Positions 39,881 to 50,135 of a DNA stretch of 64,000 nt are shown here, in pieces. Both the position numbers and the translations under genes were made by a program. The DNA is from Gammaproteobacteria bacterium (GTDB lineage: Bacteria; Pseudomonadota; Gammaproteobacteria; Diplorickettsiales; Diplorickettsiaceae), in the NCBI GenBank assembly GCA_005877695.1, contig VBOA01000011.1, positions 140,696 through 204,695 on the forward strand. Reading direction: 5' to 3'. Numbering within the stretch: position 1 is the stretch's first letter; each line of letters starts with the position of its first letter. Below the pieces are notes generated by a model, which saw nothing but the letters and a program-made list of their open reading frames with translations, did not search any database and was not told the DNA's origin.

Positions 39881-39970
39881 GAGACCGTAGGTGCACTAAC
39901 ATTATATAAAAAGATATATTTCCAATGTCTCTTTTTATAGGAGTGCTTAATTTTACCTACGCAGACGGTG
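39881..39970 (+). promoter_or_regulatory. L10 (rplJ) leader autoregulatory RNA
   Basis: AGACCGTAGGTG ... TTAATTTTACCTACGCAGACGG, matching the enterobacterial-type L10 leader kink-turn. Confidence 0.75.
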
Positions 39971-40044
39971 AACCTTTATGGCCACCGAGCCTTTAGTCAT
40001 CACTTGCGGGTGATGACTAAATAATACATGAGGAGAAAACCAAC

Positions 40045-40581
40045 GTGACATTAAGACTTGAAGATAAACAGGCCATTGTTGCGGAAGTTGGAGAGGTTGC
40101 AAAAAATGCGTTATCAGCAGTAACGGCTGAATATCGTGGTTTAAGCGTGGAGGAAATGAGCCAATTGCGCTTACAAGCACGCAGCTCAGGAGTCTATTTA
40201 CGTGTAGTGCGTAATACCTTGGCGCGACGTGCTATAGAAGGTACCGACTTTGCGTGTTTACAAGATACGTTAGTTGGTCCTTTACTTTTAGCATTTTCTC
40301 AACAAGAGCCAGGTGCAGCAGCGCGGCTTATTCGAACATTTGTCAAGCAAAATGAAAAATTGGTTGTTAAGGCTGTTGCCTTAGATGGTCAATTATTAGC
40401 GGTAAATGAACTCGAAAAACTCGCGAACCTTCCAACCCGTAACGAAGCAATTGCAACATTAATGGCAGTTATGAAAGCACCGATTACCAAGTTAGTGCGT
40501 ACGCTGGCCGAACCAGAGGCCAAACTTGTACGTACCTTTGCTGCTTTGCGTGAGAAGCAACAACAGCAAGCAGCTGCGTAA
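40045..40581 (+). CDS. rplJ: 50S ribosomal protein L10
   Basis: GTG start after [34 protein letters not shown]. Confidence 0.98.
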   Translation: MTLRLEDKQAIVAEVGEVAKNALSAVTAEYRGLSVEEMSQLRLQARSSGVYLRVVRNTLARRAIEGTDFACLQDTLVGPLLLAFSQQEPGAAARLIRTFVKQNEKLVVKAVALDGQLLAVNELEKLANLPTRNEAIATLMAVMKAPITKLVRTLAEPEAKLVRTFAALREKQQQQAAA

Positions 40582-40620
40582 TGGTGTTAATTAAAGTTTT
40601 TATTTTTTGGAGTGAACAAT

Positions 40621-41007
40621 ATGAATGCTAAAGCAAAAGAAGATGTATTAGATGTAATTTCTAACATGAAAGTGATGGAAATTGTCGATCTTATTAAAGA
40701 CATGGAAGAAAAATTTGGTGTTTCTGCAGCAGCAGCTACAGTTGCCGTATCAGCAGCACCAGGTGCAGCCGCTCCGGCAGCCGCTGAAGAAAAAACTGAA
40801 TTCAATGTGGAATTGAAAGAGGTGGGTGCTAATAAGATCAATGTGATTAAAATAGTGCGCGAAGCAACCGGTCTTGGCCTAAAAGAAGCTAAAGATTTAG
40901 TTGAATCGGCACCTAAAGCCTGCATTAAAGAAGGTATGTCAAAAGCCGATGCCGAAGCGCTTATGGCTAAACTTAAAGATGCGGGCGCTACAGGCGAAAT
41001 GAAATAA
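40621..41007 (+). CDS. rplL: 50S ribosomal protein L7/L12
   Basis: [29 protein letters not shown]; start taken at ATG 40621 after GGAG. Confidence 0.98.
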   Translation: MNAKAKEDVLDVISNMKVMEIVDLIKDMEEKFGVSAAAATVAVSAAPGAAAPAAAEEKTEFNVELKEVGANKINVIKIVREATGLGLKEAKDLVESAPKACIKEGMSKADAEALMAKLKDAGATGEMK

Positions 41008-41020
41008 GCTGTATAACGGT

Positions 41021-41053
41021 AAAGAATGCTCAGGTTTATGCTGGGCATTCTTT
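41021..41053 (+). terminator. rplL-rpoB intergenic terminator/attenuator hairpin
   Basis: AAAGAATGCTCAG-GTTTATG-CTGGGCATTCTTT stem-loop 13 nt after the rplL stop. Confidence 0.7.
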
Positions 41054-41286
41054 GTGTTATGAAACCAGTCTCTAAATATTTTTTTAATTTTTAATGTGCA
41101 GCGCATTTTATAAGATTCAGGTTTAAGATGTTGATCGTAGGACATAGGCTAAAAGGGACTTAGAGCGAGAGAAGCGCTATTTTTAAGTAGTCATTAAGCT
41201 TTACTGAGCCAACAAAACATATGCCCAGATAACTATGGGCGCGATTTTTCTTTATTTATTCTGTTCTCTAACTAGGTGAACTTTAG

Positions 41287-44200
41287 ATGGTAATTCGGAC
41301 ATCCCCAGCAACTGAGCAAGCAAATACTCCTTATTCATTTACTGAAAAGAAACGTATTCGTAAAAATTTTGGTAAACAAGCGACCATAATGGAAGCGCCC
41401 TATTTATTAGCGACGCAAATTGAGTCTTATCATCGATTTTTACAAGTAGATACTTCCCCCGATGCACTGGAAGATATAGGGCTTAACGCAGCTTTTAAAT
41501 CTATATTCCCTATTTCTTCTTATTCCGGTGGTGAAGCAACATTGGAATATATTAATTACCGGATAGGGCAACCACCTTTTGATGTTAAAGAATGTCAAGC
41601 GCGTGGTTTAACCTATGGTGCGCCTTTGCGCGTAAAAATGCGTTTAATTATTTATGATAAAGAAGCGGCACCAGGCTCAACCAAAATCAAATATATTAAA
41701 GAACAAGAAGTGTATATGGGTGAACTGCCATTGATGACAGACACGGGCAGTTTTGTGATTAATGGAACCGATCGTGTGGTAGTTTCCCAGTTACACCGTT
41801 CGCCGGGTGTATTTTTCGAGCATGACAAAGGTAAAACTCATTCTTCAGGTAAGTTGTTATATGCGGCAAGAATTATTCCTTACCGAGGTTCTTGGTTAGA
41901 TTTTGAATTTGATCCTAAGGATAATTTATTTGTTCGTATTGATAGACGGCGTAAGTTAGCCGCTACTATATTATTACGCGCATTAGGATATACCTCAGAA
42001 GAGATCTTAGAATTATTTTTTAATAATAATGTTTTTCACTTAAAAGGCGAAACCATCGTTTTAGATTTAGTTCCAGAACGTTTGCGTGGTGAAACGGCAA
42101 GCTTTGATATTAAAGATGCCAATGGAAAAGTGATTGTTGAACAAGGCCGACGTATTGCAGTAAGACAGATTCGTGAAATAGAAAAAGCTAAGATTAAACA
42201 GCTTGAGTTACCGATTGATTATTTGATCGGCAAAACACTTGCTAAGCCTATTATTAATTCAGATACCGGTGAAATTCTATTTGAAGCAAACATAGAATTA
42301 ACTGCTGATATTGTTAAAAAATTAATAGAAGCGCAAGTAGAAAAAGTAGAAACTTTATATACTAATGATTTAGATTCGGGTGCGTATATTTCGACAACTT
42401 TACGTATTGATCCAAGTCATAATCAGCAAGAAGCATTAGTTGAAATTTATCGCATGATGCGTCCGGGTGAGCCACCTACGAAGGAAGCGGCAGAAGCGTT
42501 ATTTAAAAATTTATTTTTTGTTTTAGACCGTTATGATTTATCGGCCGTAGGGCGGATGAAATTTAATCGGCGCTTAGGTCGAGAAGAAATTACCGGCCCA
42601 GGTACTTTGACTAAAGACGATATCGTGTCGGTTTTACGTGCATTGATCGAAATCCGAAATGGTAAAGGCGACGTAGATGATATCGATCATTTAGGTAATC
42701 GCCGGGTTCGTAGCGTTGGTGAAATGGCGGAGAATCAATTTCGTATCGGTTTAGTGCGGGTTGAAAGAGCCGTCAGAGACCGTTTAAGTGTGGCTGAATC
42801 TGAAAATTTAATGCCACAAGATCTCATTAATGCTAAACCTATCTCAGCGGCAATCAAAGAATTTTTTGGTTCCAGTCAGTTATCGCAGTTCATGGATCAA
42901 GTAAATCCTCTTTCCGAGATTACGCATAAACGTCGTGTATCTGCTTTAGGGCCTGGTGGTTTAACGCGTGAGCGAGCTGGTTTTGAAGTTCGAGACGTGC
43001 ATCCAACACATTATGGTCGTGTCTGCCCGATTGAAACGCCTGAAGGACCTAATATTGGTTTAATTAATTCCTTGGCGGTATATGCTCGAACCAATCATTA
43101 TGGATTTCTTGAAACCCCCTATCGTAAAGTTGAAAACGGTAAGGTTACCAAAGAAATTCAATATTTATCTGCTATCGAAGAAGGTAAATATGTTATTGCA
43201 CAGGCTAATACCCGCCTTGATAACCATGGAAAGTTGATCGATGATTTAATTCCTTGTCGACATCGTAACGAATCGATGTTGACGACAGCGGATAAAGTCA
43301 ATTATATGGATATTTCACCCGCCCAAGTGGTTTCGGTGGCTGCTTCTTTGATTCCTTTCTTAGAACATGATGATGCCAATCGTGCCTTGATGGGTTCTAA
43401 CATGCAGCGTCAAGCAGTGCCAACCTTACGTACTGAAAAACCTTTAGTGGGTACCGGTATGTAACGTAAGGTAGCCGTTGACTCTGGTGTTGTGGTGGTA
43501 GCTAAACGAGGTGGTATTGTTGATTCAGTAGATGCAGGTCGTATTGTAGTGCGTGTTGATGATGAAGAAGCAATAGCAGGTACAGCGGGTGTGGATATTT
43601 ACAATTTGACTAAATATACGCGTTCTAATCAAAACACCTGTATTAATCAACGCCCTTTAGTAAACAAAGGCAATAAAATTCAAAAAGGCGATGTCATGGC
43701 CGACGGGCCTTCCACTGACTTAGGTGAGTTAGCTTTAGGGCGTAATTTATTAGTCGCCTTTATGCCGTGGAATGGTTATAACTTTGAAGATTCTATTTTA
43801 ATTTCAGAGCGTGTTGTTTCTGAAGATCGTTTTACCACGATACATATCGAAGAATTAACCTGTATTGCACGCGATACTAAATTAGGTACCGAAGAGGTTT
43901 CAGCAGATATTCCGAATGTCGGAGAAAGTGCGCTTTCTAAATTAGATGAGTCTGGTATTGTCCATTTAGGTGCTTGGGTAGAAGCGGGTGATATATTGGT
44001 AGGGAAAGTGACGCCTAAAGGTGAAACACAGTTAACACCTGAAGAAAAGCTATTACGTGCTATTTTTGGTGAAAAAGCTTCTGATGTAAAAGATAGTTCG
44101 TTGCGTGTGCCATCCGGTATGCGTGGTACTGTCATTGATGTCCAAGTATTTACGCGAGATGGTTTAGAAAAAGATAAACGTGCGTTAAGTATTGAGGAAA

Positions 44201-45417
44201 TGGCTTTAGATAAAATTAAGAAAGACTTATATGACGAGTTTAGAATTTTAGAAAACGATTGTTACCAACGTCTAGAGACTTTATTAGTGGGCGCCACGGC
44301 AAGTAGTGGTCCCAATAAATTAAAGTCGGGAAGTAAAGTGACGTTAGAATATTTAAAAGGCCTGAGTAAAGATCAATGGTTTTCTGTCAGTTTACGTGAT
44401 GAAGCCGCTAACCAGCAATTGGAAGCTGTAGCTAAACAGTTAGAAGAAGCACGTCTTGCATTAGATGAAAAATTTGAGAATAAACGAAAAAAGCTCACTC
44501 AAGGTGATGATTTAGCGCCTGGCATACTCAAGATCGTTAAAGTTCATTTAGCTCTCAAACGTTGTATTCAACCCGGTGATAAGATGGCTGGTCGACATGG
44601 TAATAAAGGGGTGATTTCTACCATTATACCTGTGGAAGATATGCCTTATATGGAAGATGGTACGCCGGTTGATATCGTTCTTAATCCTTTAGGTGTGCCA
44701 TCGCGTATGAACGTTGGGCAGGTGCTGGAGACGCATTTAGGTTGGGCAGCAAAAGGTTTAGGTCTCAAGATTGCTGGCATGCTTGATGCGCAAAAAAATA
44801 TTAAAGAAATTAAAAATTTCTTAGGGTCTATTTACAATACTAAGGAAACAGCGCAAAAAGTAGATTTAGATAAAATATCAGATGAAGCTGTTGTTGAATT
44901 AGCGAAAAATTTACGTAACGGTGTTCCGATGGCTACACCGGTCTTTGATGGCGTAACCGAAACTGAGATTAAGCGGATGTTAAGCTTGGCTGACTTACCG
45001 GAGTCAGGACAAACCACACTCTATGATGGTCGAACCGGCGAACGTTTTGAACGACCGGTTACGGTGGGTTATATGTACATGCTTAAGTTGAATCATTTAG
45101 TCGATGATAAGATGCATGCCCGTTCTACAGGATCATATAGCTTAGTAACTCAACAACCGTTGGGTGGTAAAGCACAGTTTGGTGGTCAGCGATTTGGTGA
45201 AATGGAGGTTTGGGCATTGGAAGCTTATGGGGCCGCATATACTTTACAAGAAATGTTAACCGTCAAATCGGATGATGTTGCTGGGCGAACTAAGATGTAC
45301 AAAAACATTGTTGATGGTGACCATCAAATGGAAGCGGGTATGCCAGAATCATTTAACGTATTAGTCAAGGAAATACGTTCCTTGGCGATTAATGCAGAAT
45401 TAGAAACCAAAGATTAA
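41287..45417 (+). CDS. rpoB: RNA polymerase beta subunit, interrupted by one in-frame TAA at 43462-43464
   Basis: Both ORF-track pieces (41287-43464, 43492-45417) are in the same frame; read-through gives [21 protein letters not shown] where homologs have GTGMER.VAVDSG. Confidence 0.95.
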
Positions 45418-45439
45418 TCTGAAGTGGAGAGTATAAACC

Positions 45440-48400
45440 TTGGCTACATCTAAACCAAAAGCAGACACCATGAAATCAGAACTAGAGCAGGCTACGATGA
45501 TTGCATCAGAAATGGCTAAAGCTGCGCCGTCATCTTCCGAACCAGTAAAGCCAGAGTCAGCCCAAAAAAGTTTGGCCAGTATGGCGGAAGCTATCGAATC
45601 GAATTCAAACAATGAAAGAATAAAAGCACTTGTTGATAAGCCGTTGATGTCAGATTTATTGGGGATACTGAAACAAGAAGATTATTTAGATGAGTTTGAT
45701 AATATTCGTATCTCTTTAGCTTCACCGGAAATGATTCGTACCTGGTCCTATGGTGAAGTCAAAAAACCTGAAACCATTAATTACCGTACTTTCAAACCAG
45801 AAAGAGATGGTTTGTTTTGTGCAAAAATCTTTGGGCCGATTAAGGATTATGAATGCTTATGTGGTAAGTACAAAAGACTTAAGCATCGCGGTGTGATTTG
45901 TGAAAAATGTGGTGTTGAAGTGGCATTGACTAAAGTACGACGGGAACGGATGGGTCATGTCGAATTGGCAAGTCCAGTTGCTCATATTTGGTTTTTAAAA
46001 TCTTTACCATCACGGATTGGTTTATTGCTTGATATGACACTACGCGATATAGAGCGCGTGCTGTATTTTGAAGCTTTTGTGGTGATAGAACCGGGTATGA
46101 CAACCTTAGAACGGGGTCAACTTTTAACGGATGAACAATACTTAGAAGCTATCGAGGAACATGGTGATGAGTTTGATGCACGTATGGGTGCCGAGGCCAT
46201 ACAGCAATTATTGATTACGTTGAATCTAAAGGAAGAGATTAATACATTACGTGAAGAGATACCTAATACCAGTTCAGAAACTAAATTAAAGAAATTTTCT
46301 AAACGTTTAAAGCTACTAGAAGGGTTTGAGCAATCAGGTAATAAACCAGAGTGGATGGTTTTAACGGTACTTCCAGTATTACCACCCGATTTACGTCCTC
46401 TTGTCCCCCTAGATGGTGGACGTTTTGCAACGTCTGATCTTAATGACCTCTATCGCCGTGTGATTAATCGTAATAATCGCCTAAAGCGTTTATTAGACCT
46501 CAATGCGCCGGATATTATTGTGCGTAACGAAAAGCGGATGTTACAAGAATCTGTCGATGCATTATTGGATAACGGTCGACGAGGTCGTGCCATCACCGGT
46601 AGTAACAAACGCCCTTTAAAATCTTTGGCCGATATGATCAAAGGTAAACAAGGTCGATTTAGACAAAATTTACTCGGTAAACGAGTCGATTATTCAGGTC
46701 GTTCGGTCATCGTAGTGGGTCCTACGTTAAAGCTCCATCAATGTGGTTTACCGAAAAAAATGGCTTTAGAATTATTTAAGCCTTTTATTTTAAGTAAATT
46801 ACAGTTTCGTGGTTTGGCTTCTACGATTAAGGCCGCTAAGAAAATGGTAGAAAATGAATCGCCTGAAGTATGGGATATACTCGAAGATGTGATCCGTGAA
46901 CATCCGGTTTTATTAAACCGAGCACCCACATTACATCGTTTAGGTATTCAGGCATTTGAGCCTATTTTAGTTGAAGGGAAAGCTATTCAATTGCATCCCC
47001 TCGTTTGTACTGCTTATAACGCGGACTTTGATGGTGACCAAATGGCAGTGCATGTGCCATTGACTATCGAAGCTCAGTTAGAAGCGCGAACCTTGATGAT
47101 GTCGACTAACAACATTTTATCTCCTGCGAATGGTGAACCGATTATTCTTCCAACTCAGGATGTGGTGTTAGGCCTTTATTATTTAACCCGTGACAAAATC
47201 AATGCTAAAGGAGAAGGCTTAATTTGTTCTGATATTAATGACGTTCGCCAGCTGTATGATGCAGGTTATGCAGATTTACATGCCAAGATTAAAGTTAGAA
47301 TCACTGAAGTGTTATTTGACGCGAAAGGTGAACGCAAAGAATCAGTCAAGATAGTCGATACGACTACCGGTAGAGCTTTATTACGCGAAACTCTACCAGA
47401 GGGCTTACCTTTTTCTTTAATTAATAAAACGTTAAATAAAAAGGCAATATTAAGCCTTATTAATGAATGTTACCGACGTTTAGGTTTGAAAGCGACGGTT
47501 ATTTTTGCAGATAAATTAATGTATACCGGTTTTGGTTATGCAACCCGCGCTGGTATTTCCGTTGGGATTGAAGATTTAATTATCCCTGAAAGTAAAGCGG
47601 CGATTATTGCGGGTGCTGAAACCGAAGTAAAAGAAATTGAATCTCAATATGCATCCGGTTTAGTGACACAAGGTGAGCGCTATAACAAGGTTGTTGATAT
47701 TTGGTCACGTACAAATGACCAAGTTGCAAAAGCGATGATGGAAAAACTAGCGACAGAAAATGTAAAAGCTGCCGATGGTAAAACCGTATCGCAAGAATCC
47801 TTTAACCCTGTCTACATGATGGCAGATTCGGGCGCTCGAGGTTCACCTGCGCAAATGCGTCAGCTAGCAGGTATGCGGGGTTTGATGACTAAACCGGACG
47901 GTACCATTATTGAAACACCGATTACGGCTAACTTCCGAGAAGGGTTAGACGTATTGCAATACTTTATTTCTACGCACGGTGCACGTAAAGGTTTGGCTGA
48001 TACCGCATTAAAGACTGCTAATTCCGGTTACTTGACCCGTCGTTTAGTAGACGTAGCACAAGATATGGTTGTTACTGAAGATGATTGTGGAGCGACCTTA
48101 GGTATTGCTATTACTCCCCACGTTGAAGGTGGAGAAATTATGGTGCCACTCCGTGAACGAGTGTTAGGGCGTGTTCTCGCAGAAGATGTCAGTTTGCCGG
48201 GCAGTGACGACATTGTGGTGAATCGAGGAACTTTATTAGATGAAGATTGGGTAAATATTTTAGAAGAACGAGCTGTCGACCAAGTTAATGTGCGTTCACC
48301 CATTACCTGTGAAGCTAAATATGGGATTTGTGCCGCTTGTTATGGCCGTGACTTAGCTCGTGGTCATTTAGTGGGTATAGGTGAATCCGTTGGTGTTATC

Positions 48401-49888
48401 GCTGCTCAGTCGATAGGTGAACCCGGCACGCAGTTAACCATGCGTACTTTCCACATTGGTGGTGCGGCTTCTCAGGTAGCTTTAGCTAATCATATCCAAG
48501 TAAAGTCTAAGGGACGTATTAAATTACATAATATTAAGCTTGTTAAACACAATGATGGGCATTATGTGACGGTCTCACGTTCAGGTGAGTTAACATTGTT
48601 GGATCCTCAAGGCCGCGAAAGGGAACGTTATAAACTGCCTTATGGCGCTGCTATTAAGGTGTCTGATGGTACTGAAGTGGTTCCGGGTCAATTAATCGCA
48701 CAATGGGATCCACATACCCATCCAGTTGTTACTGAAGTTGCCGGTTATGTGAAGTTTATCGACTTAATTGATGGTATCACCATGAATCGACAAACGGATG
48801 AACTAACAGGTTTAACCAGTATTGTGGTTATGGATTCCAAGCAACGTGGCTCAGGAGGTAAGGAATTACGTCCTATGGTACGACTTACCGATAAAGAAGG
48901 TAATGATTTGTTTTTACCTGGCACCCGTTTACCAGCACACTATTTCTTGCCGATTAATGCTATTTTGAGCCTGGAAGATGGCGCTGCAGTAGGCGTGGGT
49001 GACATTGTTGCTCGTATACCACAGGAAACTTCAAAAACGCGTGATATTACTGGTGGTTTACCTCGTGTTGCGGATCTTTTTGAAGCACGTAAACCTAAAG
49101 AGCCAGCTATTTTGGCAGAAATTTCCGGTATCATTAGTTTCGGAAAAGAAACTAAAGGTAAAAGACGTTTAGTGATAACCGGTAATAATGGCGAAGTGTT
49201 TGAAGCATTAATTCCTAAATGGCGCCACGTAACCGTTTTTGAAGGTGAACATGTTGAACGCGGTGAAATTGTTGCTGATGGACCTTTAAATCCACATGAT
49301 ATCTTACGATTGTTAGGGATTAATGCACTGACTAATTATATCGTCAGTGAAGTTCAAGAGGTTTATCGATTACAAGGTGTGAAGATCAATGATAAACACA
49401 TTGAAGTTATCGTTCGTCAAATGCTACGTAAAGTAAACATCCTTGATTCTGGTGAAAGTCGCTATTTAAAAGGTGAACAGTTAGAAGAGTCACGTATCAA
49501 AGAAGAAAATAAAAAATTGATCGCTGAAAATAAATTACCAGCGCGTTTTGAATCTGTATTGCTAGGTATTACCAAAGCTTCTTTAGCAACGGATTCTTTT
49601 ATTTCAGCGGCGTCTTTCCAAGAAACAACCCGGGTATTAACCGAAGCAGCAGTGACGGGTAAGCGTGATGAACTGAAAGGATTAAAGGAAAATGTGATCG
49701 TTGGCCGTTTAATTCCTGCAGGAACTGGTTTTGCTTATCATGCTGAAGCACGTCGTCAACGTGCGGCTAATGCCTTATCCCGACAACAACGCTTAACAGC
49801 AGCAACTGCTCCCCAGATGACTGCTAGTGATGTGGAACAAGCACTAAGTCAGGCATTATCTGAACCTAAGAAAGAAGATAAATCCTAA
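45440..49888 (+). CDS. rpoC: RNA polymerase beta' subunit with long N-terminal extension
   Basis: [12 protein letters not shown] catalytic motif, [19 protein letters not shown] zinc finger; TTG start after GGAG. Confidence 0.98.
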   Translation: MATSKPKADTMKSELEQATMIASEMAKAAPSSSEPVKPESAQKSLASMAEAIESNSNNERIKALVDKPLMSDLLGILKQEDYLDEFDNIRISLASPEMIRTWSYGEVKKPETINYRTFKPERDGLFCAKIFGPIKDYECLCGKYKRLKHRGVICEKCGVEVALTKVRRERMGHVELASPVAHIWFLKSLPSRIGLLLDMTLRDIERVLYFEAFVVIEPGMTTLERGQLLTDEQYLEAIEEHGDEFDARMGAEAIQQLLITLNLKEEINTLREEIPNTSSETKLKKFSKRLKLLEGFEQSGNKPEWMVLTVLPVLPPDLRPLVPLDGGRFATSDLNDLYRRVINRNNRLKRLLDLNAPDIIVRNEKRMLQESVDALLDNGRRGRAITGSNKRPLKSLADMIKGKQGRFRQNLLGKRVDYSGRSVIVVGPTLKLHQCGLPKKMALELFKPFILSKLQFRGLASTIKAAKKMVENESPEVWDILEDVIREHPVLLNRAPTLHRLGIQAFEPILVEGKAIQLHPLVCTAYNADFDGDQMAVHVPLTIEAQLEARTLMMSTNNILSPANGEPIILPTQDVVLGLYYLTRDKINAKGEGLICSDINDVRQLYDAGYADLHAKIKVRITEVLFDAKGERKESVKIVDTTTGRALLRETLPEGLPFSLINKTLNKKAILSLINECYRRLGLKATVIFADKLMYTGFGYATRAGISVGIEDLIIPESKAAIIAGAETEVKEIESQYASGLVTQGERYNKVVDIWSRTNDQVAKAMMEKLATENVKAADGKTVSQESFNPVYMMADSGARGSPAQMRQLAGMRGLMTKPDGTIIETPITANFREGLDVLQYFISTHGARKGLADTALKTANSGYLTRRLVDVAQDMVVTEDDCGATLGIAITPHVEGGEIMVPLRERVLGRVLAEDVSLPGSDDIVVNRGTLLDEDWVNILEERAVDQVNVRSPITCEAKYGICAACYGRDLARGHLVGIGESVGVIAAQSIGEPGTQLTMRTFHIGGAASQVALANHIQVKSKGRIKLHNIKLVKHNDGHYVTVSRSGELTLLDPQGRERERYKLPYGAAIKVSDGTEVVPGQLIAQWDPHTHPVVTEVAGYVKFIDLIDGITMNRQTDELTGLTSIVVMDSKQRGSGGKELRPMVRLTDKEGNDLFLPGTRLPAHYFLPINAILSLEDGAAVGVGDIVARIPQETSKTRDITGGLPRVADLFEARKPKEPAILAEISGIISFGKETKGKRRLVITGNNGEVFEALIPKWRHVTVFEGEHVERGEIVADGPLNPHDILRLLGINALTNYIVSEVQEVYRLQGVKINDKHIEVIVRQMLRKVNILDSGESRYLKGEQLEESRIKEENKKLIAENKLPARFESVLLGITKASLATDSFISAASFQETTRVLTEAAVTGKRDELKGLKENVIVGRLIPAGTGFAYHAEARRQRAANALSRQQRLTAATAPQMTASDVEQALSQALSEPKKEDKS

Positions 49889-49916
49889 TTTCTATTGTTA
49901 GGTCTTCTTGTTTTAT

Positions 49917-49944
49917 AAAAAATGCACTTCACGGTGCATTTTTT
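49917..49944 (+). terminator. Intrinsic terminator after rpoC
   Basis: AAAAAATGCAC-TTCACG-GTGCATTTTTT hairpin with A and T tracts. Confidence 0.85.
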
Positions 49945-50135
49945 GTTTATAGCCAGCCTGGCTACTATCGGTAAAAATTTATGCTGTCTAGCGCATCAAA
50001 GTCTATAGTAAAAAAATTGTTAGTACGGCCAGGCCCTTAGCAGTGAATTTAATTTTTCGATGAGATACCTAATCATTTCCTGTGGGTTCTCATTTTTCCT
50101 TAATAATTATATGTTTTAATTAATAAAAAATATAA

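Noticed and set aside
43462-43464. TAA in rpoB as evidence of an alternative genetic code
   Set aside because: TAA is the normal stop of many genes here (tpiA, secG, rplA, fusA) and no other conserved gene has an internal stop
50099-50110. CTTAATAATT upstream of the phosphatase gene as a PmrA box
   Set aside because: Single half-site with no 11-bp-spaced partner
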